From Methylophilaceae bacterium (lineage in GTDB: Bacteria > Pseudomonadota > Gammaproteobacteria > Burkholderiales > Methylophilaceae), in assembly GCA_017858095.1 (NCBI GenBank), contig JAFMCB010000004.1, positions 1,688 through 65,687 of the forward strand: a stretch of DNA of 64,000 bases. The letters run 5' to 3'. Of the stretch, positions 21,799-32,285 are shown piece by piece. Position numbers and translations under genes: made by a program. Each line of letters opens with the position of its first letter. Position 1 is the first letter of the stretch. The notes under the pieces were generated by a model that was given only the letters and a program-made list of their open reading frames with translations, searched no databases and was not told the origin of the DNA.

Positions 21799-22915
21799 GT
21801 TTTTGGAAAATCTCAAACCTTTTTTTCTGAATCTCCTGCCCTAGCTCTCGACCCTTAAACATTGGATCAATTTTGAATTTGGTCATAGATAGGTCATTTT
21901 CAAATACTTTTAATTTCTCCATAAATGCATCCAGATCATGACTTTTTTTCTTAATATTTAGCAAATACTTTGTCAATAAGAGGCTTGAAAATAAAAGTTC
22001 AGGGCGTCTAAAAAAATCTACCTTAAGTATAAAATCAAATTGAGTTTTTTTATCGGCTTTATCAATATCAATTAACTGCAAAAAATGTTGTGAAACCAAA
22101 TTGATCAGATGTTGACTTCGTGCTGGTAATTTTAATTTCTTCGCGTTGACAATCGCCCCTTTTTCTATTTCGTTATCCCCCAAATATAATATAAGAAGTA
22201 ACAAAATAATTTGATCATCAGTATTCAGCTCAGATGCTTGTGAACTTGTAAAAAATAAATTTGCAGCGCCTTGAATTTCGGAAAAATGGGAGTTGGGAAG
22301 TATGATTTCCAGAGCGCCACAATTATCTAGCACCTCAAGCATCATTATAATATTTTTATCAGAAAAGCTTTTTCTTATTTCATCGAGAACTCGTTCTGCT
22401 GACAATGCTTGTATTTCTTTATTTTTAACAATTTTTTTTAATAACTGGAATGTTTTTTCATGAATTGCAAAATCTGGAAATCGAGCTTTAAATCTTGCTA
22501 CTCGAATCACTCTTAATGGATCTTCAGCAAAGGCATCGCTGATATGGCGAATAATTTTATTATCGATATCCTCTATACCTTTAAAAGGATCAATGAATTG
22601 TCCTGAGTCATCCATGGCAATCGCATTCATTGTAATATCACGCCGCTTTAAATCTTCCTCGAGCGTTACGTCTGGCGAGGCATAAAATTCAAAGCCATGA
22701 TAGCCTTTTGATATTTTCTTTTCTGTCCGTGCTAATGCATATTCCTCATGACTATCCGGATGCAAAAAAACTGGGAAATCTCTGCCTATGGGTTTAAAGC
22801 CAAGTTTAATCATTTCATCTGGTGAGGATCCTACCACAACATAATCAAAGTCATTGGTTCTAATGCCCATGATTTGATCACGGACTGCTCCACCTACAAG
22901 ATATTTCTTAATCAT
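21791..22915 (-). CDS. cca: CCA tRNA nucleotidyltransferase (no HD domain)
   Basis: LVGGAVRD, DFDY, EYALARTE, EDLKRRDITMNA, EDPLRVIR. Confidence 0.93.
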   Translation of the reverse strand: MIKKYLVGGAVRDQIMGIRTNDFDYVVVGSSPDEMIKLGFKPIGRDFPVFLHPDSHEEYALARTEKKISKGYHGFEFYASPDVTLEEDLKRRDITMNAIAMDDSGQFIDPFKGIEDIDNKIIRHISDAFAEDPLRVIRVARFKARFPDFAIHEKTFQLLKKIVKNKEIQALSAERVLDEIRKSFSDKNIIMMLEVLDNCGALEIILPNSHFSEIQGAANLFFTSSQASELNTDDQIILLLLILYLGDNEIEKGAIVNAKKLKLPARSQHLINLVSQHFLQLIDIDKADKKTQFDFILKVDFFRRPELLFSSLLLTKYLLNIKKKSHDLDAFMEKLKVFENDLSMTKFKIDPMFKGRELGQEIQKKRFEIFQKLS

Positions 22916-23792
22916 GCAATTTATCTAAATACGTTTCAAGTTCAATAAGCGTTGATTCAAATTGATAAGCATCATTAATAGTGGTTACATTATCTAATTC
23001 CATAGATTTTAAATTATCACGTGTAATTAATTTAACAGGGCTAAACTCCAATAATCGCACCATCGCATATGATAAGTTCCTTGATAACGGAATAAACAAT
23101 CTTTGTTTATGCATAGAGTTGCTGATTAATTTTAGCAGTGACATAAATGTATATATTTTTGGCCCCCCCACATTATATATTTTTTTAAAAGTCTTTTTGT
23201 CATCGATACTTTTAACAATTATAGAAATTAAGTCATTAACGGCAATCGGTTGAAATTTGGCTTTTGAGGAGACAACAAAAATTATCGGTAAAAATTGAAT
23301 CATTTTGCTAAATAAATTAATAAAACTATCATTTTCACCAAATACAACGGAAGGTCTAAAGATCGTCCAATTAGAGGCTTTGCATATTTCCTGAATATAT
23401 TTTTCGCCTCTAAACTTTGATTTTAAGTATTTACTGGGTGCATTTTTTTCAGCTCTTAATGCACTTAAATGAATAAACCTTTTTATTTTAAGTTGCTTGA
23501 TCAATCCCGCTAATTTTTTTAACCAAATTGCATGTATTTCATCAAATTGATTAGTGTGGTTCTCATGCAGAATACCAATACAATTAATAACGGTATCAGT
23601 GCCCTTTAATAATTCCAATAAATTAGATTTTGAGTTGTATTGAACCAGTTTTAAGGAGGGGAAAACTTTGAGATGGTTGGCGCGAAATTTGTTTTGTGTA
23701 AAAAGTCGAATTTCAACTTTATGCTTGGCTAATGCATAGATTAATTCTGATCCAATAAAACCAGATCCCCCAAAAATTGCAATGACATTCAT
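22908..23792 (-). CDS. NDUFA9-like NAD(P)-binding atypical SDR
   Basis: FGGSGFIG, YLKSK, FRPSVVFG, FQPI. Confidence 0.88.
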   Translation of the reverse strand: MNVIAIFGGSGFIGSELIYALAKHKVEIRLFTQNKFRANHLKVFPSLKLVQYNSKSNLLELLKGTDTVINCIGILHENHTNQFDEIHAIWLKKLAGLIKQLKIKRFIHLSALRAEKNAPSKYLKSKFRGEKYIQEICKASNWTIFRPSVVFGENDSFINLFSKMIQFLPIIFVVSSKAKFQPIAVNDLISIIVKSIDDKKTFKKIYNVGGPKIYTFMSLLKLISNSMHKQRLFIPLSRNLSYAMVRLLEFSPVKLITRDNLKSMELDNVTTINDAYQFESTLIELETYLDKLHD

Positions 23793-23796
23793 ATTA

Positions 23797-23979
23797 TCAA
23801 ATCTGCAATGTACGCATTATGAGGTAAATTAATCCAACAATTACGCCTAGATAAAGAGAATAATTGAAAATGGTTTTAATTAAAAACAAATATTTTTTAT
23901 TTTTCGTAACAAAAAAGAACACTAGAAGAACAGCGCAGGTAATAACAAGAAAGAAAATGGTAAGTCTTAATAAAAGCAT
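23797..23979 (-). CDS. Small two-TM hypothetical protein
   Basis: 60 aa, two hydrophobic helices around TKNKKYL; ATG overlaps the lpxC stop and the ORF fills the gap exactly. Confidence 0.75.
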   Translation of the reverse strand: MLLLRLTIFFLVITCAVLLVFFFVTKNKKYLFLIKTIFNYSLYLGVIVGLIYLIMRTLQI

Positions 23980-24929
23980 TATTCTTCCAGTATCTCGGCA
24001 GTTTCATTTAGCTCTGTGTTCATCTTTGAATATTCCTCAGCTAAATTAGCGGTTGCCACATCATTTGTATCTAACGTTTTAATTTCCCATTTATTTTTTT
24101 CTTCCACAAGCTGTCGTAACAAACGATTATTGAGTTCATGTCCAGATTTATACGCTGTAAATTTTCCAATAATAGGCTTGCCTAACAAATACAGGTCGCC
24201 AATTGCATCTAGTACTTTATGCCGAACAAATTCACCCGAAAATCGTAATCCATCTTCATTTATTATTTTTCTCTCATCTAACACAATGGCATTGTCCAAT
24301 GAACCTCCTCTTGCTAATCCATTAGCTCTTAAAAATTCAACTTCATGCATGAAACCAAAAGTTCTTGCACGGCTAATCTCTTGAATATAGGAGTCTTTAA
24401 AAAAGTCTATTTGTACATGGCTGTCTTCATCCTTAATAGCAGGATGTGGAAAATCAATAGTAAAATCAATCATAAACCCTGGATATGGTTCAAATTTTGC
24501 AACCTTATCACCATCCGTTACCACTATAGCTTCTTTAATAAAAACAAACTGCTTCGGTGCAATTTGCTCCTCAATGCCTGCACTTTTAATAAGGTAAATA
24601 AATGAAATAGAACTGCCATCCATGATAGGTAATTCTGCGCCATTAACTTCAATTAAAATATTATCAATACCCAATGCAGATAGCGCTGACATAAGGTGTT
24701 CTACCGTCGCAATTTTAAATTCAGCTGTACCAATAGCTGAGCATAATTTTGTATCTTGCACAATATTTGGGCTGACTTGAATTTTCATTGGAGTCGAAAG
24801 ATCGGTCCGACAAAAAACAATGCCATGATTTTGTGGGGCTGGTTTTAGGGTTAACTTTACTTTTTGGCCTGTATGAAGACCTACTCCCACGGTAACGACA
24901 GAATTTTGAATGGTTTGTTGCTTAATCAT
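23979..24929 (-). CDS. lpxC: UDP-3-O-acyl-GlcNAc deacetylase
   Basis: GVGLHTG, TVEHLMSA, ARTFGF, HKVLDAIGD, KSGH. Confidence 0.98.
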   Translation of the reverse strand: MIKQQTIQNSVVTVGVGLHTGQKVKLTLKPAPQNHGIVFCRTDLSTPMKIQVSPNIVQDTKLCSAIGTAEFKIATVEHLMSALSALGIDNILIEVNGAELPIMDGSSISFIYLIKSAGIEEQIAPKQFVFIKEAIVVTDGDKVAKFEPYPGFMIDFTIDFPHPAIKDEDSHVQIDFFKDSYIQEISRARTFGFMHEVEFLRANGLARGGSLDNAIVLDERKIINEDGLRFSGEFVRHKVLDAIGDLYLLGKPIIGKFTAYKSGHELNNRLLRQLVEEKNKWEIKTLDTNDVATANLAEEYSKMNTELNETAEILEE

Positions 24930-26096
24930 TTACTTTTTTCTTAAAAAAGAAGGGATATCATATTCGTCATCCGCTTGAGCCTTCATAGCATCTATATCAT
25001 TCTCAGAATTATCAGCGAAGACATTCAGCAGATCCTCATTCGTATTTTCTGATACTGTTTCGTCATCGTGCTCTTCACTTTTATCCTCAGTCTCATACAC
25101 AAAACTTTTCATAACATCAGCTGGCTCATTCTCAAGACCAGATTGATTTGTTAATCCTGTTGCAACCATTGTTACTCGAATACTATTTGCCATAGCGTCA
25201 TCAATAACATTACCGACGATGATATTAGCATTCTCAGCAGCGTACTGTTTTATGATTTCCATTACTTCAAAATATTCTTTCATTTTGAAATCACGACTTG
25301 CAGAGATGTTGACCAAAATACCTTTTGCATTATTCAAATTAACATCTTCAAGTAAGGGGCAAGCTACAGCTGCCTTTGCGGCAATAATGGCGCGATCTGA
25401 ACCCTCAGCGAAACCTGAGCCGATCATTGCCATACCCATTTCGCTCATTACAGTTTTGACATCAGCAAAATCTACATTAATCATTCCTGGGCTATTGATG
25501 ATTTCAGCAATTCCAGCAACCGCACTATACAAAACATTATTTGCTGCCCCAAAAGCATCAACAAATGTAACATCCTCGCCTAACACCCCCATTAACTTTT
25601 CATTTGGAATAGTAATTAAAGAATCAACATGTTTGATAAGCTCACTAATACCCTCCTTTGCTACTTGAGTTCGTTTCCCTTCAAACTCAAAAGGTTTAGT
25701 AACTACAGCAACCGTTAAAATACCTTGTTCTTTTGCAATTTGTGCGATGACAGGTGTTGCGCCTGTCCCCGTTCCGCCTCCCATTCCAGCAGTAATAAAA
25801 AGCATATCAGCGCCCTGAATTGCTTCAATAATTTTATCTCTATCATCTAATGCTGCTTGTTTTCCAGTGTCAGGTCTCGAGCCTGCTCCTAATCCTTGGG
25901 TTAAAGACTCACCAATTTGTACAATATTATTTGCCTGACTTTTTTGTAAGGCCTGTAAATCTGTATTGGCACAAATAAAATCGACACCAACGACATTTTT
26001 GTCAATCATGTAATCCACTGCATTGCCGCCACAGCCACCCACACCCATGACTTTTATAATGGCTTTTTGTTTTTTATTTTCAACAACTTCAAACAT
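24930..26096 (-). CDS. ftsZ: Cell division protein FtsZ
   Basis: GMGGGTGTG, NVDFAD, C-terminal DIPSFLRKK. Confidence 0.99.
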   Translation of the reverse strand: MFEVVENKKQKAIIKVMGVGGCGGNAVDYMIDKNVVGVDFICANTDLQALQKSQANNIVQIGESLTQGLGAGSRPDTGKQAALDDRDKIIEAIQGADMLFITAGMGGGTGTGATPVIAQIAKEQGILTVAVVTKPFEFEGKRTQVAKEGISELIKHVDSLITIPNEKLMGVLGEDVTFVDAFGAANNVLYSAVAGIAEIINSPGMINVDFADVKTVMSEMGMAMIGSGFAEGSDRAIIAAKAAVACPLLEDVNLNNAKGILVNISASRDFKMKEYFEVMEIIKQYAAENANIIVGNVIDDAMANSIRVTMVATGLTNQSGLENEPADVMKSFVYETEDKSEEHDDETVSENTNEDLLNVFADNSENDIDAMKAQADDEYDIPSFLRKK

Positions 26097-26116
26097 AAGA
26101 CACCTTTATTTAATTC

Positions 26117-27355
26117 TTAAAAATTACCCTGGAACCACATTTTCATCTTTTTAAACAAATCAACTACTGAGTTTCCATCTGGCCAGTGATTCTGGCCACT
26201 ATCAATTTCATCTTTTGCCATTTTAAGCAAACCAATTCCAGTTGCATACCTAGGATTTTCCACTACTTGAAGCAATCCATCAACATCTCTTGGAATGCCA
26301 ATCCTAACGGGCATATTAAAAACTTTTTCTCCCAAGTTTACGATGCCCTTCATCATGGAGGAACCTCCGGTGATAACAACACCAGAAGCTATAACATTTC
26401 CCATTCTGCTGCGTTGCAATTCATTTCTTACTAATTCAAATAACTCTGTTACTCGTGGTTCAATTACTTGGGCTAAAGCTTGCGTTGTTATTTTTTTTGG
26501 CTCTCGTCCATCCACTAAAGGAATTTCAATAATTTCATTGGTTGAAGCCATTAATGTGGTGGCTGCACCATGATTAATTTTAATATCTTCTGCCGATTGC
26601 AGGGGTGTTCTAAAAGCCACGGCAATATCATTTGTAATTTGATCGCCTGCAATTGGAATAACCGTTGTGTGCTGAATAGAGCCATTTTTTATAATAGCGA
26701 TATCGGTAGTACCTCCACCGATATCAACTAAACATACTCCCAAATCTTTTTCATCTTTTGTCAATACCGCTTCACTCGATGCAAGTGGTTGCAATACCAG
26801 CTCTAGAACTTCTAGACCACACCTTTTTATACATTTAATAATGTTTTGCGCTGCCGCAATAGCCCCAGAAACAATATGAACTTTTACTTCTAAGCGCATA
26901 CCACTCATACCGAGTGGCTCTTTAATATCACGTTGGTCATCTAGCACATACTCTTGGGTTAAAACATGCAGTACTTGTTGGTCCGGAGGTAAGGTAATTG
27001 CCTGGGCAGTTTCAAGGACGCGATCAATATCCATCTGACTCACTTCTGAATCCCTTACTTTTACCATGCCATGTGAATTTAAACTCTTGATATGACTTCC
27101 GGCAATGCCTGTATAGACATCTTTAATTTTACAATCCGCCATGAGTTCAGCTTCCTCAACTGCACGTTGAATGGCTTGCATGGTTGAATCAATATTGATG
27201 ACAACACCCTTTTTTAAACCTTTCGATAAGTGCTGCCCCAGTCCAATAATTTTAAGTACGCCGTCTTCTTGAAGCTCTGCCACAATGACAACAATTTTTG
27301 ATGTTCCAACATCTAAAGCCACTACTAGTTTCTTATCTTCTTTTCCATTAATCAT
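26117..27355 (-). CDS. ftsA: Cell division protein FtsA
   Basis: LDVGTSK, DIGGGTTD, C-terminal amphipathic WFQGNF. Confidence 0.98.
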   Translation of the reverse strand: MINGKEDKKLVVALDVGTSKIVVIVAELQEDGVLKIIGLGQHLSKGLKKGVVINIDSTMQAIQRAVEEAELMADCKIKDVYTGIAGSHIKSLNSHGMVKVRDSEVSQMDIDRVLETAQAITLPPDQQVLHVLTQEYVLDDQRDIKEPLGMSGMRLEVKVHIVSGAIAAAQNIIKCIKRCGLEVLELVLQPLASSEAVLTKDEKDLGVCLVDIGGGTTDIAIIKNGSIQHTTVIPIAGDQITNDIAVAFRTPLQSAEDIKINHGAATTLMASTNEIIEIPLVDGREPKKITTQALAQVIEPRVTELFELVRNELQRSRMGNVIASGVVITGGSSMMKGIVNLGEKVFNMPVRIGIPRDVDGLLQVVENPRYATGIGLLKMAKDEIDSGQNHWPDGNSVVDLFKKMKMWFQGNF

Positions 27356-28077
27356 AAGGTGGCTTTTTCTTTTTTAATTGTTTTTTCATTTAGTTTTTTA
27401 ATGGCAAAGCCATCTTTGTACCTCAAATCAACATACTCAATACGATTATTGATTTCAGTTAACACTGTTTGGTAATGTTCAACAAAAATATTTAATTTTT
27501 TTAAAATATCTTTTCTGCCCAACACTATCTTTATATTATTATCGGTGTGTATTTCCCATGATAATCTATTGGACAGTGAGATTGTACCAATTTGCATTAA
27601 CTCTTTTGCAAGTATTTTGTTTATTTCAAAATATTTATTTGTAATCTCCTCAGTAAAATCTTTTGGGCCCCAAAAAAAAGGCAGGTCCTCTTGATAAGCA
27701 GCATTAAAAAGCTCGCCTTTATCGTTCACTAACCCAATATTTCCCCATCTTGCAATTACCTGATGCTCCTCAATTGTTATCTCAATTTTATCTGGCCATT
27801 GTCGCCTGACACTGACTTCACGAACCCAAGGTAATTTTTTAAAAACATTACGAGTTAAATTTAGATCAAGACCAAAAAAATTTCCTCTGAGATATTGCTT
27901 AATAATTAAATCAACCTGCAATGCGTCAACCTTCTCATATTGATTTTTAATCTGAATTTCATTGATAGGAAAATTACCACGAATTAAAAGTTGTTGTGTA
28001 AGAAAAATAAAAAGCGGGATCATTAAAAGATAAGCCAATAAAGTTAACCGCTTTAGAGCTTGTAGATCATTCAACAT
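27352..28077 (-). CDS. ftsQ: Cell division protein FtsQ
   Basis: TM plus POTRA LPWVREVSVRRQWP, YVDLRYKDGFA. Confidence 0.93.
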   Translation of the reverse strand: MLNDLQALKRLTLLAYLLMIPLFIFLTQQLLIRGNFPINEIQIKNQYEKVDALQVDLIIKQYLRGNFFGLDLNLTRNVFKKLPWVREVSVRRQWPDKIEITIEEHQVIARWGNIGLVNDKGELFNAAYQEDLPFFWGPKDFTEEITNKYFEINKILAKELMQIGTISLSNRLSWEIHTDNNIKIVLGRKDILKKLNIFVEHYQTVLTEINNRIEYVDLRYKDGFAIKKLNEKTIKKEKATL

Positions 28078-28990
28078 AAGCAGTTTGCAGTATTCTTAAA
28101 ACTAACTCGTTAAAACTAATACCATGTGTCTTTGCAGATAATGGTACTAAACTATGGCTGGTCATTCCTGGAATGGTATTAATTTCAATAACATATACAT
28201 TAAGCATAGAATCTACTAAAAAATCGACGCGGCCCCAACCACTGCAACCCAATGCTTTAAAAGATGCTAACGCAATTTTATTTATTTTTTCATGCAAGTC
28301 TTTTTGAATATCGGCAGGACATATAAACTGAGTATCATCTCGAATATATTTTGCTTCGTAGTTATAAAACTCACTATTTGGGATGATTTCAATCACAGGA
28401 AGTACTTCATTATCAATAATGGGTATCGTCAATTCGCGTCCAGAGATATTTTCTTCGGCAAAAACAATATCATCAATCTTTTTTGCCTCATGCAGAGCAT
28501 GTTGAAATTGCTCTTCAGTTGACACTTTATAAACACCAATACTTGATCCAGAATTTGATGCCTTTATAAAAAATGGATTGTCTAACTCTTTGCTTACATC
28601 CCTAAAATTTGATTTCTCATTTAATAAAAGAAATTTTGGCGTTGGAATGTTTGCTGCTAAAAATATCTCCTTAGATTTATATTTATCCATTCCATATGCT
28701 GAAGCTTGGGCGTTACTACCTGTGTATCTTATTCCCATCGCATCCAAAATACTTTGAATTTTGCCATCTTCACCATCTTTTCCATGTAAACATATAAAAG
28801 CAGAGTCATATTTTTTTAGGCCAGTTAAGGACTCATGCTTTGTATCAAAAGCAAAAGCATCAATTGATAATTCGAGTAACGCTCTCAGAACAGCATGTCC
28901 ACTTTGTAAAGATATCTCTCTCTCATTCGAGTTACCCCCCATTAAGACAGCTACCTGACCATAAGAGCTAGGAGTCAAGTTGCTCTCCAA
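28067..28990 (-). CDS. ddl: D-alanine--D-alanine ligase
   Basis: GGNSNEREISL, LHGKDGEDG, GSSIG, EINTIPGMT. Confidence 0.97.
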   Translation of the reverse strand: MESNLTPSSYGQVAVLMGGNSNEREISLQSGHAVLRALLELSIDAFAFDTKHESLTGLKKYDSAFICLHGKDGEDGKIQSILDAMGIRYTGSNAQASAYGMDKYKSKEIFLAANIPTPKFLLLNEKSNFRDVSKELDNPFFIKASNSGSSIGVYKVSTEEQFQHALHEAKKIDDIVFAEENISGRELTIPIIDNEVLPVIEIIPNSEFYNYEAKYIRDDTQFICPADIQKDLHEKINKIALASFKALGCSGWGRVDFLVDSMLNVYVIEINTIPGMTSHSLVPLSAKTHGISFNELVLRILQTAYVE

Positions 28991-29852
28991 TTATTCTAAT
29001 TTCAGTCACTAGCTTTATTTTCTTTTGTTTGAAAACTTCTTTTTGTATTTGCAAAATTAAATTTTCGATATCTGCTGCAGTTGCATTGCCTTTATTGATA
29101 ATAAAGTTTGCATGTTTTTCTGACACCTGTGCGCCACCAACTTGAAAACCTTTCAAGCCACATTCCTCTATTAATTTAGCTGCAAAATAGCCCTCCGGAT
29201 TTCTAAAAGTAGAGCCAGCTGTTGGCCAATTGAGCGGTTGCGCTTCCTTTCTCTTTTCTAATAATACTTTTATTGCTAGCTCTGCATCATCTTTGTTACC
29301 TTTATCAAACTTTAACCAAGCGGCAATAAAAAATTCTGTGTTATTTTTTTTATTTTCAACGTGCCGATAAGAAATGGCAAAATCTTGTCTTTTTCGTATA
29401 TGTTCAACACCGCTTTGGTCAATAGTTAAAACTTTCTCTACAAAATCCCAGGTTTCAAATCCATAGCATCCTGCATTCATAGAAAGCGCGCCACCTAAAG
29501 TGCCTGGTATTCCTGCCAAAAAAGCAGAGTTTTTATAACCCAATTTCGCCACATATTTTGCAAGTTTACTGCAACTCACTCCAGCCTCAGCATAAAAGGA
29601 ATTATCATCAGTAGAAATATCATTTAATCCTTTATGCATTGCAATGATAGTGCCTTTGAAGCCACCATCCCTAAATAAGGTATTGGAACCTAATCCAATA
29701 AATAATATTGGAAGTTTAAAATTTTTGTCTTTTAGGTTCTGTGACAACATTCTCTTATCTGAACAAATGTAGAAATTTTTTGCCTTCCCTCCGACACGCC
29801 AACTATTTAATTCTTTTAAGGAAATATCAAACAATATTCGATCTTTAAGCAC
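28968..29852 (-). CDS. murB: UDP-N-acetylmuramate dehydrogenase
   Basis: GLGSN, GIPGTLGGA..MNAG, AGSTFRNP, KHANF. Confidence 0.97.
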   Translation of the reverse strand: MLKDRILFDISLKELNSWRVGGKAKNFYICSDKRMLSQNLKDKNFKLPILFIGLGSNTLFRDGGFKGTIIAMHKGLNDISTDDNSFYAEAGVSCSKLAKYVAKLGYKNSAFLAGIPGTLGGALSMNAGCYGFETWDFVEKVLTIDQSGVEHIRKRQDFAISYRHVENKKNNTEFFIAAWLKFDKGNKDDAELAIKVLLEKRKEAQPLNWPTAGSTFRNPEGYFAAKLIEECGLKGFQVGGAQVSEKHANFIINKGNATAADIENLILQIQKEVFKQKKIKLVTEIRIIGEQLDS

Positions 29853-31231
29853 TATGAGTTTCCGGTAAATTGTTGTGCAAAATTTCCAATTGATCCCGCT
29901 CCCATTAGAATAACGATAGAATCATTTTTTATTTCACTTAAGATTATTTTTTTTGCACTTCTTAAATCTGGCAAGTAAAAAGTTTTTTTGTTAGCAATCG
30001 CTTTAATCATCGACTGTGTCGAAATATTTTTAATAGGTCGCTCACCGGCAGGATAAATATCGAGTAAAAATAATTTATCTGGCATTTTTAATGCTTTAAT
30101 AAAATCATTGAAACAATCACGAGTCCTTGTGAATCTGTGTGGCTGAAAAACTAAATTAATTGTTTTGTTCGGGTAACCTTTTCTTGTTGCCTCAAGGACA
30201 GCTTTTATTTCGGTTGGATGATGACCATAATCATCAACCAGTATAAATTTCTTTTGCTGTTGAAAACAGTTATTAAAAATTTCATACCTTCTACCAACAC
30301 CTGAAAAATTCTTGAGTCCTTTTTTTATATCAGTGATAGAAAGTCCATACTCCAAAGCAATGCCGATAGCAGCAAGTGCATTTCTAACATAATGCTCACC
30401 AGGTAAATTAATTGTTACCTTAAATGATTTAAATTTATAAGCTTTATCTTCAACCACAAAAGACATTTTATTTTCATGATGCTCTAATTTTTTTGCTTGA
30501 ATTAATGCATTTCGATCTAGTCCATAGGTAATCACCTGTCTTGAAATTTTAGGGATAATTGACTTTACGTGTTCATCATCAAGGCATAAAAAAACTCTGC
30601 CATAGAAGGGTGTTTGATGAATAAAATCTATAAAAGTATTTTTTAACCTTTCAAAGTCCCCCTGATATGTTTCCATGTGGTCATGATCAATATTAGTTAC
30701 CACTGTATTAATTGGATTAATATGTAAAAAGGAAGCATCCGACTCATCTGCCTCAACAACAAATAATTCACCCAAACCTAATTTTGCATTTGCCTTCATG
30801 GAATTTAAACGTCCGCCAATTACATAAGTGGGGTCTAATTTTCCAACTGATAAGACGCTAGCAACTAAACTAGTCGTAGACGTTTTACCATGCGTACCTG
30901 CAATGGCAATTCCCTTCTTAAATCGCATAAGCTCTGATAGCATTTCAGCTCTTGGAATAATTGGAATATTATTTTTTTGAGCTTCTTTAATTTCAATATT
31001 ATTTTTTGGTATTGCTCCAGAGACCACAAGAACTTCTTTACCTCTAACATTTGATGCCAGATGTTTCGAAAAAATTTTGATGCCCATCTTTTTTAAAGAT
31101 TTTACTGTTGGAGAAGTTTGCAAATCAGATCCCGATACAATAAATCCTAAATTATGCATAACCTCTGCAATGCCACTCATACCAGACCCACCAATACCAA
31201 GAAAATGTATTTTTTTTACTTTATCCCTCAT
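29852..31231 (-). CDS. murC: UDP-MurNAc--L-alanine ligase
   Basis: GIGGSGMSG, GTHGKTST, EADESD, DDYGHHPTE; start set at ATG 31231. Confidence 0.97.
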   Translation of the reverse strand: MRDKVKKIHFLGIGGSGMSGIAEVMHNLGFIVSGSDLQTSPTVKSLKKMGIKIFSKHLASNVRGKEVLVVSGAIPKNNIEIKEAQKNNIPIIPRAEMLSELMRFKKGIAIAGTHGKTSTTSLVASVLSVGKLDPTYVIGGRLNSMKANAKLGLGELFVVEADESDASFLHINPINTVVTNIDHDHMETYQGDFERLKNTFIDFIHQTPFYGRVFLCLDDEHVKSIIPKISRQVITYGLDRNALIQAKKLEHHENKMSFVVEDKAYKFKSFKVTINLPGEHYVRNALAAIGIALEYGLSITDIKKGLKNFSGVGRRYEIFNNCFQQQKKFILVDDYGHHPTEIKAVLEATRKGYPNKTINLVFQPHRFTRTRDCFNDFIKALKMPDKLFLLDIYPAGERPIKNISTQSMIKAIANKKTFYLPDLRSAKKIILSEIKNDSIVILMGAGSIGNFAQQFTGNS

Positions 31232-32285
31232 ATGCCTCCAAGCAATATTTATAAATTGCATCACACGGCTCAATAGTTTTATCTTGTTTGGCTTTCTCTG
31301 CCATTTGTTGACATCCTGATCTTGTTAATTCTTTAATAAGTGAAGGTAGCTCTGTCTCGATATTTTCTTGCAAAATAATATAGGCCCCCTGCCTCTGCTC
31401 TAAAATTCTGGCGTTATAATATTGATGATTATCAACTGCAAATGGATAGGGAATTAATATACTCGCAACTCCGATTTGACTCAGCTCAGACACTGTAATT
31501 GCCCCAGAACGTGCTATCAGTATATCCGCCCATGAATAATAATAATTCATGTCATATAAAAAATTTTTAACCTCAATATCAACATCTAGCTCATGATATA
31601 AATCTACTAGTTCTTGGTAATGTTTTTTACCCGACTGATGTATGACTTTTATTTTTTTATTCTTTGATAACGAATGAAGAATCTGAGGAATAGTTCGATT
31701 AAATTGCATAGCACCCAAGCTTCCTCCCATAACTAAAATTCTTAATGGTCCTGATCGATTTAAAAATCGTTTGCTGGGTTTTTCTATATTAAATAAATCG
31801 TGCCGAATGGGATTGCCAATTACCTCTCCTTTTAGCTTTTTTAATTCAAAACCTAAAAAAATTTTTTGGCTTATATAAGAAAGAAGCGAATTACTTAATC
31901 CTGGAATTGCATTTTGTTCATGAATAATAATATGAATTTTAAGTAACTTGGCTGCAACTGCAACAGGGAAGCATATATACCCCCCCATTAAAATCACAAA
32001 ATCTGGTTTTACTTTTTTAACTTCGAGAAAAGCAGAAAATATAGCTTTGACCAAAAAAAATGGAGTTTTCACCCAATGCAGTATTCCCTTACCACGCACC
32101 CCCTGCATTGGAATACTAAAAAAGTTATATTTTGTCTTGTCCACTAAATCATTTTCCATGCCATGCCTTGAGCCCGCCCAAAAAACCTCTGATTGGCGTT
32201 CTAAAAAAAATTGTGCGATCGCCAATCCAGGGTAAATATGTCCCCCTGTACCCGCTGCCGCAACTACTATACGAATCTTTTTAAT
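31221..32285 (-). CDS. murG: Lipid II GlcNAc transferase MurG; probable ATT start at 32285
   Basis: Frame extends 20 codons upstream of the listed 32225 (IKKIRIVVAAAGTGGHIYPG); HEQN, GNPIR, GGSLGA, RSGA, HQYYNA. Start position less certain than identity. Confidence 0.93.
   Translation of the reverse strand: MKKIRIVVAAAGTGGHIYPGLAIAQFFLERQSEVFWAGSRHGMENDLVDKTKYNFFSIPMQGVRGKGILHWVKTPFFLVKAIFSAFLEVKKVKPDFVILMGGYICFPVAVAAKLLKIHIIIHEQNAIPGLSNSLLSYISQKIFLGFELKKLKGEVIGNPIRHDLFNIEKPSKRFLNRSGPLRILVMGGSLGAMQFNRTIPQILHSLSKNKKIKVIHQSGKKHYQELVDLYHELDVDIEVKNFLYDMNYYYSWADILIARSGAITVSELSQIGVASILIPYPFAVDNHQYYNARILEQRQGAYIILQENIETELPSLIKELTRSGCQQMAEKAKQDKTIEPCDAIYKYCLEAYEG

Noticed and set aside
22908-23792. 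NDUFA9-like protein, and FdsB/FdsG, as evidence of a complex I locus
   Set aside because: The SDR is a common stand-alone neighbour of cca; the NuoE/F-like genes belong to the fds operon
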